Notes under the pieces: generated by a model
Seen by the model: the letters and a program-made list of their open reading frames with translations, nothing else
Told to the model about the DNA's origin: nothing
Database searches by the model: none
Program-made: the position numbers and the translations under genes
Shown: positions 19,500-28,917 of the stretch, one piece after another
Layout of the letters: each line of letters starts with the position of its first letter
Position numbering within the stretch: the first letter of the stretch is position 1
NCBI GenBank assembly: GCA_019114445.1
Contig: DXFL01000012.1
Location: 1,027 to 65,026 of the forward strand
DNA: 64,000 nucleotides
Reading direction: 5' to 3'
DNA from: Candidatus Barnesiella excrementigallinarum
Lineage (GTDB): Bacteria; Bacteroidota; Bacteroidia; Bacteroidales; Barnesiellaceae

Positions 19500-20675
19500 C
19501 TATTTTTTCATGCTATCGATCTCAACGCGATTGACCGAATCGCGCCTCACCCGATAAGGCAACAACTCTTGCAACCGGCTCCCCAACTCCTCTATCGTCA
19601 TATCGCGGGAATCGATAGAACCGTCGGGGGTAATCAACACGAAATGCGGGATCGAAGCCAATGCGTATCGGGTCTCCACATCGGCAGGGTCAGATGCCAT
19701 ACATTGATGTCCACACAAATGCAAATCCTTAACCTTTGCCCTCCATTTCGTCTCGTCCGTATCCAGCGAAACCGACACGAAAGTCGCACCCCGATAAGCA
19801 AATTTACGATAAAGTTCGCTCCATTTCACCATCGCCCGGCAAGCGGGTTGGCTATCCGAACGCCAAAACCCGACAACGGTATAACGGGCATACCCCATAT
19901 AGCCCGACAATTTGAGTTTCCGGCCCCATTGCTCGGTCAATGAAATATCGACATATGGATTGCCCGGCTCTATTTTATGGGCATTACGCAGGCGCGAAGC
20001 AATCTCGTTCAGCACCTGTGCATTCTTGTTCCGGCTGCTCAAAAACGACAAAAGGCTCTGCAACCGGTTTTCATCGAAACGGCTTTGCATCGTCTCCAAC
20101 AGCCAAAGAGCCGAAGGAGATGTGCGATTCTTGCGTATATATCGATAAGCTAAATCTACCTCCTGCGCATCCAACCGGCAATCTTGCTCATACATCTTTC
20201 GTTCCTGCAACGTATCCATACGCCCCGCAGCGACCTGTTCGAGATAATTTTCGTGCAACTGTCGACGCAAAGAGTCGATCCGATTCGCCTCTGCTTGGTA
20301 TTGCCCGAATAGTACATTCTGTTCGGTACCCTTTACCGTAGAAACCAAAGTATCCATTATGGCCTCCATTTGACCGTTTTCCAAAACAAACAAAACCGGA
20401 TAGGCCAAAGAATCGAGCGAACGATTAAACCTCAAATAGGCCATCATCGGCTCTTCCTGTTCTCCATGAAAAGAGAAAGCGCCACCGTCGACAATGGCGC
20501 TGTCGAGATTCACCAACTCATCGCCATTACTGTGCGAAAGGTAAACAATATTGCCATCGGCATCGGGATTGCTCACACGCCCGGCTATATGATACGACAT
20601 TTCGGTCCGGCTCCCGCAAGCTGTGCACAGCAACAAGCCCAATATACCCCAAGAGAAAGAAAGTCCCCTACTCAT
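19500..20675 (-). CDS. DUF4369 + AhpC/TlpA-like redoxin lipoprotein
   Basis: Lipobox 'LCTAC', DUF4369-like N-terminus, redoxin fold 'FVSVSLDTDETKW', 'IPHFVLITPDG'. Confidence 0.8.
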   Translation of the reverse strand: MSRGLSFSWGILGLLLCTACGSRTEMSYHIAGRVSNPDADGNIVYLSHSNGDELVNLDSAIVDGGAFSFHGEQEEPMMAYLRFNRSLDSLAYPVLFVLENGQMEAIMDTLVSTVKGTEQNVLFGQYQAEANRIDSLRRQLHENYLEQVAAGRMDTLQERKMYEQDCRLDAQEVDLAYRYIRKNRTSPSALWLLETMQSRFDENRLQSLLSFLSSRNKNAQVLNEIASRLRNAHKIEPGNPYVDISLTEQWGRKLKLSGYMGYARYTVVGFWRSDSQPACRAMVKWSELYRKFAYRGATFVSVSLDTDETKWRAKVKDLHLCGHQCMASDPADVETRYALASIPHFVLITPDGSIDSRDMTIEELGSRLQELLPYRVRRDSVNRVEIDSMKK

Positions 20676-20904
20676 CGTGATCGTTCAAACTATCCCAAAC
20701 CGACTCCTGCTGATCGATATACTCTTCGTAATAATAAGAAAAACCTTTGCGTTCGGGGACACCCATCGTCTCGCACCACTCCTTATAGTCGGCTTCCATC
20801 TGTTTATCCTCACGAACCATCGACCAAAAACTCTCTTCCGATAAATCCAACGTACGATACTGCTTAATAATATCGTCGAATGTTATAGTAATATCATTTC
20901 TCAT
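20668..20904 (-). CDS. Small acidic conserved hypothetical protein
   Basis: 78 aa, protein-like composition, overlaps the start of the next gene as in an operon. Confidence 0.7.
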   Translation of the reverse strand: MRNDITITFDDIIKQYRTLDLSEESFWSMVREDKQMEADYKEWCETMGVPERKGFSYYYEEYIDQQESVWDSLNDHDE

Positions 20905-21218
20905 GGCCTCTCCTATTTATCAATTAATTCATCTTGACCCAAAGATAACTATTCTTTTTAAAAAGTATATAAAAACACAAATCAGAATCTACCCCTTTCC
21001 ATAAAATAGATTCTATTTTAAAAACGGACCCAAAAGCCAAAAATTATATGCATTGCTTTTTTAGGCCATACCTACAAAACGGACAATGGCTTACGAAAAA
21101 AAAAATTTATCACTCTTCTCTCTTTTTAAGAATATGGTATGGAGTATTCAAAAACTGCATTTTCATTTGTCTTTACACTCACCTTACACTATATTTGTAA
21201 AAAATAACGACAGATAAA

Positions 21219-21758
21219 ATGATTTATAACGAACGAGACACTCGTAAAGAGATGATACGCGAGGCGGCCAAACAAATTATGGCGGCAGCCCGTACCGCAC
21301 CCAAAGGCAAAGGGGTGGACATTATCGAAATCGTCACACTCACCGACGACGATCTTTTGTCGCTGGCAACTCATATGCGCAAAGAGGGAGAAAAGCGCGG
21401 CATGATGTTTTTCCTGCGCGACGCCGGCAATATCGAGCAGGCCGACGCCGTAATCCTCATCGGCACCAAACGCTATCCACAAGGCTTGAACTGCGCCTAT
21501 TGCGGGGCAAAAACCTGTGCCGAGAATCCGCAAGAGGCTCCCTGCGCCATCAATTCCATCGACGTGGGTATCGCCATCGGGTCGGCTTGTTCCAAAGCTG
21601 CCGATATGCGTATCGACACCCGGGTTATGTTTTCGGCAGGAGCCACGGCTCAAACGCTGAACCTCTTGCCCGATTGCAAACAGGTAATTGCACTGGCTCT
21701 GAGCGTATCGGCCAAAAGTCCGTTCTTCGACCGTAAACCTCAAACGGCCAAACCATGA
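21219..21758 (+). CDS. DUF2148 / ferredoxin-domain protein
   Basis: 'AARTAPKGKG', 'LNCAYCGAKTC', 'DVGIAIGSA', 'KSPFFDR'. Confidence 0.85.
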   Translation: MIYNERDTRKEMIREAAKQIMAAARTAPKGKGVDIIEIVTLTDDDLLSLATHMRKEGEKRGMMFFLRDAGNIEQADAVILIGTKRYPQGLNCAYCGAKTCAENPQEAPCAINSIDVGIAIGSACSKAADMRIDTRVMFSAGATAQTLNLLPDCKQVIALALSVSAKSPFFDRKPQTAKP

Positions 21759-22786
21759 GCCGCAAACGTCTTTTCCCGGCAGAATGGTATCCCCAGTCGG
21801 GGATCCAACTCACTTGGCCGCACCGCAATACCGATTGGGCTTATATGCTCGACGAAGTGACCGATTGTTTCGTCGAGTTGGCCCGCGAAATTTCCAAAAG
21901 AGAAAAATTGCTCATCGTCGCCCCCTCGCCCGACGAGGTAAAACATCGGCTGCAAGGCATTGTCGATACCGATTCCATCACATTCGTCCCATGTCCCACC
22001 AACGACACATGGGCACGCGACCACGGAGGGATCACGATTTTCGACGACGGAGCCCTTTGTATCTGCGACTTCAAATTCAACGGGTGGGGACTTAAATTCG
22101 CAGCCAACCACGATAACCTCATCACCTCGACACTCTGCCAACAGGGTATATTCGAAGCCCGTTACGAAAATCGGCTCAACTTCGTACTCGAAGGCGGCGC
22201 CCTCGAAAGCGACGGGGCAGGCACGCTACTCACCACGAGCGAATGTCTGCTTTCGCCCAACCGCAACGGCGAATGGTCGCAAGCCCGTATCGAAGAATAT
22301 CTCAAAGAGACCTTCGGGTTACAACGTGTGTTATGGCTCGACCACGGCTATTTGGCCGGCGACGACACCGACAGCCACATCGACACGCTCGCCCGTTTTG
22401 CCCCCGACAATACCATCGTGTACGTGCAATGCACCGACCCGGCCGACGAACACTACGAGGCTCTGCAACACATGGAGGCGCAACTGCGCACCTTCAAGAC
22501 CCTCGACAACGCGCCCTACCGGTTACTGCCCTTACCTATGGCCGACGCGGTCTACGACGAAAACGGCGACCGGCTGCCGGCTACTTATGCCAACTTTTTG
22601 GTGATGAACGACGCCGTGCTATACCCAACCTATGGACAGTCCCACAACGACAAGCAGGCTGCCGAAATACTGCGACAAGCCTTTCCCAGCCGCGAAATCG
22701 TAGGTATAAACTGCTCGCCGCTCATTCGGCAACACGGTTCGCTCCATTGCGTGACCATGCAATATCCCATCCATGTATTACGATAA
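21755..22786 (+). CDS. aguA: Agmatine deiminase
   Basis: 'PAEW', 'WPH', 'DTWARD', 'FNGWG', 'LEGG', 'DDTDSHID', 'GSLHCVT' with catalytic Cys. Confidence 0.93.
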   Translation: MSRKRLFPAEWYPQSGIQLTWPHRNTDWAYMLDEVTDCFVELAREISKREKLLIVAPSPDEVKHRLQGIVDTDSITFVPCPTNDTWARDHGGITIFDDGALCICDFKFNGWGLKFAANHDNLITSTLCQQGIFEARYENRLNFVLEGGALESDGAGTLLTTSECLLSPNRNGEWSQARIEEYLKETFGLQRVLWLDHGYLAGDDTDSHIDTLARFAPDNTIVYVQCTDPADEHYEALQHMEAQLRTFKTLDNAPYRLLPLPMADAVYDENGDRLPATYANFLVMNDAVLYPTYGQSHNDKQAAEILRQAFPSREIVGINCSPLIRQHGSLHCVTMQYPIHVLR

Positions 22787-22800
22787 ACCAATATACAGTT

Positions 22801-23691
22801 ATGACCGAAAAAAAAATCGCCGTCGGAATTGTCCAACAACAAAACACGGCCGATATAGCCGACAATAAAACGAGACTGAAACAACGTATCGAACAGTGCG
22901 CCGCAAACGGTGCCAAACTTGTGGTTCTGCAAGAGCTGCACAACAGCCTCTATTTCTGCCAAACCGAGTCGACCGACTGCTTCGATTTGGCCGAACCCAT
23001 ACCGGGCGAATCGACCCACTTTTACAGCCGCATAGCCGGCGAGTTGGGAATCGTATTGGTTACTTCGCTGTTCGAACGTCGGGCTGCCGGGCTGTACCAC
23101 AATACGGCCGTCGTATTCGACACCGACGGCTCCATAGCCGGGAAATATCGTAAAATGCACATTCCCGACGACCCCGCCTACTACGAAAAATTCTACTTCA
23201 CACCCGGCGATATGGGATTCACGCCCATAAAAACGTCGATAGGGACCTTAGGCGTGTTGGTTTGCTGGGATCAATGGTACCCCGAAGCTGCCCGCCTCAT
23301 GGCTCTGCAAGGTGCCGATATGCTCATCTACCCCACCGCCATAGGTTGGGAAAGCACCGATACCCCCGAAGAGAAGAAACGGCAACAAGACGCTTGGGTC
23401 GTCTCGCAACGGGGACACGCCGTCGCCAACGGTCTGCCGGTCGTAGCCGTCAACCGGGTGGGACACGAACCCGACCCTTCGGGACAAACCAACGGCATAC
23501 AATTTTGGGGGCACAGTTTCGTATGCGGCCCGCAAGGCGAAATGCTCACCGAAGCGCCCAGCGACAAAGAGTGGTGCGAAGTGGTGGAAATAGATCTTGC
23601 CCGCAGCGAGAATGTACGGCGCTGGTGGCCCTTCCTGCGCGACCGCCGTATCGATGCCTACAACCCCATCTTGAAGCGGTTTATCGATTAG
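22801..23691 (+). CDS. aguB: N-carbamoylputrescine amidase (carbon-nitrogen hydrolase)
   Basis: 'LQELH', 'YRKMHIPDDPAYYEKFYFTPGD', 'VCWDQWYPEAAR'; ATG 22801 inside track ORF 22243..23691. Confidence 0.92.
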   Translation: MTEKKIAVGIVQQQNTADIADNKTRLKQRIEQCAANGAKLVVLQELHNSLYFCQTESTDCFDLAEPIPGESTHFYSRIAGELGIVLVTSLFERRAAGLYHNTAVVFDTDGSIAGKYRKMHIPDDPAYYEKFYFTPGDMGFTPIKTSIGTLGVLVCWDQWYPEAARLMALQGADMLIYPTAIGWESTDTPEEKKRQQDAWVVSQRGHAVANGLPVVAVNRVGHEPDPSGQTNGIQFWGHSFVCGPQGEMLTEAPSDKEWCEVVEIDLARSENVRRWWPFLRDRRIDAYNPILKRFID

Positions 23692-23843
23692 CCGATACTC
23701 CTAAAAAGATCAAAGCCTCCTATCCTGCCGTCGCTTTTAAAAATATTTGCCAAAGAGAATAGGCCTGTCTGTTATAAATTGATAAAAAAAAGACTATAAA
23801 TATCCGCAAAACAGCTACTTTTGCAAATCATTAGCTCGAAAAC

Positions 23844-24302
23844 ATGGATACGAAAACAAACATCTCCGAGAAACAGCTCACTTTGGACAAACGCTACATA
23901 CGTATGGCGCAAATATGGGCCGAAAATTCCTATTGCCAACGCCGCAAAGTAGGAGCCTTGATTGTCAAGGATAAAATGATTATCTCCGACGGATACAACG
24001 GCACTCCTGCCGGTTTCGAAAACTGCTGCGAGGACGAAACGGGACACACCTATCCCTTCGTGCTGCACGCCGAAGCCAACGCCATTACCAAAGTCGCACG
24101 CAGCAACAACAGCAGCGACGGAGCTACACTATACGTCACCTCGTCGCCCTGTATCGAATGCTCCAAGCTCATTATTCAAGCCGGAATCCGCCGTGTCGTA
24201 TTCTCGGAGTATTACCGCCTGCAAGACGGTATAGAATTGTTGCGGAAAGCCGGCATACAGGTAGATTTCATCGATCCGCAAGCCGATGAACCGGAAAAAT
24301 AA
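23844..24302 (+). CDS. dCMP deaminase family protein
   Basis: 'GYNGTP', 'HAEANAI', 'SPCIECSK' zinc motifs. Confidence 0.93.
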   Translation: MDTKTNISEKQLTLDKRYIRMAQIWAENSYCQRRKVGALIVKDKMIISDGYNGTPAGFENCCEDETGHTYPFVLHAEANAITKVARSNNSSDGATLYVTSSPCIECSKLIIQAGIRRVVFSEYYRLQDGIELLRKAGIQVDFIDPQADEPEK

Positions 24303-24414
24303 AAAACAGAGTGGAATTTCGGCGGAGATGAAAAATAGCCATCTGCACGAAACCACTCCTCGCAATATGTTGTTCTAAAAACAAAATCACCTTTCAACTA
24401 TTCTCATTAAAATT

Positions 24415-26070
24415 ATGAATAAAGTAAAACCTCGTTTCATTTGGGTGCCGCTGGCCATAGCCGTAGCTATTGTCGGAGGTATTTTTATCGGGCGCTTTTT
24501 CTCATCGGAATCTCCATTCGGCAACATTTCGCGATATGGGAAAATAGAAAGCCTGCTGCAATGTATCGAACAGCAATACGTCGATACGGTAAACCGAAAC
24601 GAACTTATAGAGAATGTCATGCCTAAAATATTGGGCGAACTCGATCCCCACTCGGCCTATATCCCGGCCAAAGATTTGGAGAGCGTCAACGAGGAGTTGG
24701 AAGGTTCGTTCAGCGGTATAGGTATACAGTTCAATATTTTGAACGATACGATCAACGTGGTTAGCGTTATCTCCGGCGGTCCTTCCGAAAAAGTGGGCAT
24801 ATTGGCCGGCGACCGCATTATTGCCGTCAACGATTCCGCTTTCGTGGGCGAAGGCATAAGCAACGAACGGGTAATGAAAAACCTGCGGGGTCCCAAAGGC
24901 TCCACCGTGAAACTCGAAATCTTGCGCAAGACTGCCAAAAAGCCGCTCATCTATGAAGTGACGCGTGGCAACATTCCCGTAAATAGCGTCGACGCCGCTT
25001 TCATGCTCGACGACAAATCGGGGTACATCAAAGTAAGCAAATTCGGACGGACCACCTACGACGAGTTTATCACCGCCCTCTCCAAACTCCACAACGAGGG
25101 TGCCGAACGTTTCATCATCGACCTGCGAGGCAATAGCGGCGGTTTGATGGACTCGCCCATCAACATGGCCAACGAGTTCCTGCCAGCCAACCGCCTCATC
25201 GTCTATGCCGAGGGTAAAGCATTCGAACGGGAAAATGTAGCCTCGAACGGTACAGGTACGTTCCAAGAAGCTCCGCTCGTAATCCTCACCGACGAGTGGA
25301 CGGCCTCGTCGAGCGAAATATTCTCAGGAGCGATACAAGATAACGACCGGGGGTTGATAATCGGGCGGCGCACTTTCGGGAAAGGGCTCGTTCAACAACA
25401 AATACCCTTCCGCGACGGATCGGCCGTGCGCCTCACGGTAGCCCGCTACTACACCCCTTCGGGACGGTGCATTCAAAAAGAGTATCAAATGGGCAAAGCC
25501 GACGATTACAGCATGGATATTGTCAACCGCTACATACACGGCGAGTTCTTCAATGTCGACAGTATCAAACAGAACAAAGAGTTGGTATTCCGCACCGTCA
25601 ACGGACGTGAGGTTTACGGCGGCGGAGGCATTATGCCCGACATTTTCGTCCCGCGCGACACCACAGGTGTTACCTCTTATTTCAACAACGTGGCCAACGA
25701 AGGTCTGCTTTACCAATATGCATTCGACTACACCGACAAACAGCGTGAAAAACTCTCCGAAGCCAAAAGTGCAGAAGAGTTGGAAGCCATGCTCGACCCC
25801 AATATCCTGCTGAACAATTTCGTACAATATGCAGCCCAAAAAGGGATACGTCCCCGACCGGTTTACATCAACATATCCCGAAAACTTATCGTAAACACGC
25901 TGCAAGCCTACATTGCTCGAAACATACTGGGCGAAGAGGCATTCTACAAACTGCTGTTGCGCGACGACGAGACTTTGCGCAAGGCTCAACAGGTATTGTC
26001 CGACGAAAAGAGCTATTTCGAACTGTTGGAAGCTCCCAAAGGAGAAGACCAAGCCCTCTATGAACAATAA
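24415..26070 (+). CDS. S41 family C-terminal processing peptidase
   Basis: 'LDPHS', PDZ 'GIGI', 'DLRGNSGG', 'ASSSEI', 'TFGKGLVQ'. Confidence 0.93.
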   Translation: MNKVKPRFIWVPLAIAVAIVGGIFIGRFFSSESPFGNISRYGKIESLLQCIEQQYVDTVNRNELIENVMPKILGELDPHSAYIPAKDLESVNEELEGSFSGIGIQFNILNDTINVVSVISGGPSEKVGILAGDRIIAVNDSAFVGEGISNERVMKNLRGPKGSTVKLEILRKTAKKPLIYEVTRGNIPVNSVDAAFMLDDKSGYIKVSKFGRTTYDEFITALSKLHNEGAERFIIDLRGNSGGLMDSPINMANEFLPANRLIVYAEGKAFERENVASNGTGTFQEAPLVILTDEWTASSSEIFSGAIQDNDRGLIIGRRTFGKGLVQQQIPFRDGSAVRLTVARYYTPSGRCIQKEYQMGKADDYSMDIVNRYIHGEFFNVDSIKQNKELVFRTVNGREVYGGGGIMPDIFVPRDTTGVTSYFNNVANEGLLYQYAFDYTDKQREKLSEAKSAEELEAMLDPNILLNNFVQYAAQKGIRPRPVYINISRKLIVNTLQAYIARNILGEEAFYKLLLRDDETLRKAQQVLSDEKSYFELLEAPKGEDQALYEQ

Positions 26071-26605
26071 GCAACAGATCCGACAGGAAATCAAGCTGTT
26101 GAAGCGCAGCATATCGGCCGAGCAAAGAGAGTGCCTCTCGCGGGAGATCGCTGCGGCCATAGAGCAGTTACCCGGGTTTGAACAGGCAGAGCATATCATG
26201 CTCTATCATGCCCTGCCCGACGAAGTGGACACCACGCCTCTGCTATCGAAATGGGCAAAGGAGAAATCGCTCTACCTGCCTGTGGTAAAAGGCGAAGAGC
26301 TCATCATAAGCCCCTACGATCCTCACGCCGTAAAGAAAGGAGCCTTTGGCATTTGGGAACCGGCCGACGAACGCCCTATCGATCCCCGTACGATAGAGTG
26401 GATAGTGGTTCCCGGTGTAGCCTTCGACTTGCGGAGGAATCGGCTGGGCCGGGGAAAAGGCTATTACGATAAATTGCTGGGCCAAACCCAAGCCGTAAAG
26501 ATAGGAATAGGCTACGACCTGCAACTGCTCGACGAAATCCCCGCCGAGCCTCACGATATAAAAATGGATATCGTTGTCACCGAGAAGCGTATCATTCACC
26601 TCTAA
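26060..26605 (+). CDS. 5-formyltetrahydrofolate cyclo-ligase
   Basis: 'KQQIRQEIK', 'VVPGVAFD', 'RLGRGKGYYD'; ATG at 26060. Confidence 0.93.
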   Translation: MNNKQQIRQEIKLLKRSISAEQRECLSREIAAAIEQLPGFEQAEHIMLYHALPDEVDTTPLLSKWAKEKSLYLPVVKGEELIISPYDPHAVKKGAFGIWEPADERPIDPRTIEWIVVPGVAFDLRRNRLGRGKGYYDKLLGQTQAVKIGIGYDLQLLDEIPAEPHDIKMDIVVTEKRIIHL

Positions 26606-26618
26606 AAAAACAAACATC

Positions 26619-27323
26619 ATGGCTCTGATAAATGCCGAAACAAAACTGTGCGATGTCATACTCAACGAACCGACTCTCATCCCGGTCATCAACCGGTTTG
26701 GAATTATCTTGGGTGTAGGCGACAAAAGCATACGCACCGTCTGTGAGGAGAAAAAGCTCGACAGCGAATTTTTCGTCACCATACTCAACACCTTCATCAA
26801 CGAGGATTATTTCCCCGAAAACCGGCTCAAATCGTTCTGCGCCGCACAAATAGTCGATTACCTTACTCAAACCAATGCCTTCTACAAACAATTCCAAATA
26901 CCCAACATCGAACGGCACTTCAACTCGCTGATACAAAAAAGCAACAACGGCAACAACAACCTCGAACTGATGAAACAATTTTTCGACGAGTTGAAAAAAG
27001 AACTGTTGACCCGTATCGAGAACGACCAAAACCATTGGTTCCCAACCATCAAAGCTGCCGCCGAATCGCTGCACGGCGAATATTATGGCAACCCAATAGC
27101 ACAAGATGCACAAGAGAGCGACACGCTCGAAGAGAAACTGGACGACCTCAAAAGCCTCTTTGTGATTCACCTCAAAGGCGAATACGAACTGAACCTCTGC
27201 CACGGTGTAATCTTTGCCATATACAGCCTCGAAAAGGACATCAAACAGCACAACCGGATAAGGAACCGAATACTGCGCCCGATGGCCAATGCCATGATTG
27301 AAGCCACTCAAAACAAACGATAA
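26619..27323 (+). CDS. Hemerythrin-like (Ric/ScdA-related) protein, degenerate ligands
   Basis: 'LIPVINRFGIILGVGDKSIRTVC' N-terminus, 'IVDYL', 'LEKDIKQHNRIRNRILRP'. Confidence 0.7.
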   Translation: MALINAETKLCDVILNEPTLIPVINRFGIILGVGDKSIRTVCEEKKLDSEFFVTILNTFINEDYFPENRLKSFCAAQIVDYLTQTNAFYKQFQIPNIERHFNSLIQKSNNGNNNLELMKQFFDELKKELLTRIENDQNHWFPTIKAAAESLHGEYYGNPIAQDAQESDTLEEKLDDLKSLFVIHLKGEYELNLCHGVIFAIYSLEKDIKQHNRIRNRILRPMANAMIEATQNKR

Positions 27324-27337
27324 ATACAGAATTGCCC

Positions 27338-27892
27338 ATGCGTTTCGCGGTTATCACTCCCTATACTCTCCTCAATTTGGGCTTGAAGCATCTGCTCCAA
27401 AAATACTTCGACGTTACCCCGTCGTTGTACCGCGACGCAGCCGGTTTCTTTGGCGACACGCCCGAACAATTCGACGCCTATATACTTTTCGCCGACACCT
27501 TTATCGGATATAGCGATTTCTTCCTCCCCCGCAAAAGCAAAATCATGCTGCTCTCGCCCAATCGGGAAAAGATGCCCGACTCCCTCACTCCGTGGGTATG
27601 TATCTACGAAAGCGAAGAAGCCATCATCGAAAAAATGGAACTGTTCATCGAACAGCTCGACAAACAGGCCGAGACCCTGCCCCACGAACTTTCGCCCCGG
27701 GAAACCGAGGTGTTGAAACTCGTAGCCCGCGGATTGATGAACAAGGAAATCGCCGACCGTCTGAACATCAGCATAAATACCGTGCTGAGCCACCGCAAAA
27801 ACCTAACCGCCAAATTGGGTATCAAAACCGTATCGGGACTTAGCTTTTACGCCATGATGAACGGCTACATTTCGAACGTCGACAGCAAATAA
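27338..27892 (+). CDS. LuxR-type HTH transcriptional regulator
   Basis: 'LSPRETEVLKLVARGLMNKEIADRLNISINTVLSHRKNLTAKLGIK'. Confidence 0.92.
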   Translation: MRFAVITPYTLLNLGLKHLLQKYFDVTPSLYRDAAGFFGDTPEQFDAYILFADTFIGYSDFFLPRKSKIMLLSPNREKMPDSLTPWVCIYESEEAIIEKMELFIEQLDKQAETLPHELSPRETEVLKLVARGLMNKEIADRLNISINTVLSHRKNLTAKLGIKTVSGLSFYAMMNGYISNVDSK

Positions 27893-27987
27893 CCACCCCA
27901 CCCGACTTCTGTTACACTTATTATTTTTATCGTTTTTCGATAAAAATATACTGTTTTTCTTGTTTATTCGAAAAATATTCCATTCCT

Positions 27988-28647
27988 TTGTCTCAACAAT
28001 CGAAGAATAATGCGCTTATGTTTTACGACAAACAAACACGAAGAAAGATTCAACTGCTCTCTCTGTTGATCGCCCTGCTTATCCTCATTCCCATACTCCT
28101 CGATTTCTCCAAAGGACTTATGATGGGATTCAACTCCTCGATCATCGGATTTCGACATGGATTGGAAGAATCGTCCATGCAAATATGCACCCTCAAACCC
28201 AACACGCTGCAACTGGATAAATACGGTTCCGTGCCGGGACTTACGCTATCGACCGACAACATTCTCTATGTGCCCAACTCGGCCACATCATCAGCTGTCA
28301 GTATAAGCTCGGCCATTTTCACCGGTTTTTCTTTGGTTGCGCTCATCGCCATGATCGTCATGCTTGTCAAACTCATCAAATCGGTTACTATCGACGGATT
28401 GATGAACAAGAAAAACATCAAACGATTGCGGCTCCTCTCCTATTTCATGATCGCATTCTATTTTATCAGTTACGTCGATTCGTTCATATCCACCTTTTAT
28501 TACCGGGCACATCTCGACGTAGGTAACAATGCTATTTGTTATCCCGAACTGAGCGCATCGGTCACCATCGCATTCATTTTGCTGCTGCTGGCCGAGATAC
28601 TGAACATTGCCTACAAACAACGCGAAGAATTAGACCTCACCATATAA
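27988..28647 (+). CDS. DUF2975 family membrane protein
   Basis: Several TM helices, 'KKNIKRLR', C-terminal 'AEILNIAYKQREELDLTI'. Confidence 0.85.
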   Translation: MSQQSKNNALMFYDKQTRRKIQLLSLLIALLILIPILLDFSKGLMMGFNSSIIGFRHGLEESSMQICTLKPNTLQLDKYGSVPGLTLSTDNILYVPNSATSSAVSISSAIFTGFSLVALIAMIVMLVKLIKSVTIDGLMNKKNIKRLRLLSYFMIAFYFISYVDSFISTFYYRAHLDVGNNAICYPELSASVTIAFILLLLAEILNIAYKQREELDLTI

Positions 28648-28656
28648 CCAACGCCT

Positions 28657-28881
28657 ATGCCTATTATTGTCAACCTCGATGTAATGATGGCGAAACGGAA
28701 AATTTCGCTCAACGAGCTTTCGAGTAAAATAGATATTACCCCCGCCAATCTCTCTATTTTGAAGACCGGGAAAGCCAAAGCCATACGCTTCTCGACTCTC
28801 GAAGCCATTTGCAAAGAGCTGAATTGCCAGCCGGGCGACATACTCGAATTTCAAGACGACAAAGAAGAAACAACAAAATAA
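28657..28881 (+). CDS. Cro/C1-type HTH regulator (YozG-like)
   Basis: 'MPIIVNLDVMMAKRK', 'NLSILKTGKAKAIRFSTLEAIC', 'CQPGDILE'. Confidence 0.92.
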   Translation: MPIIVNLDVMMAKRKISLNELSSKIDITPANLSILKTGKAKAIRFSTLEAICKELNCQPGDILEFQDDKEETTK

Positions 28882-28917
28882 AATTCTATAATCTTTATCA
28901 TTAAACCTAACAAAACA

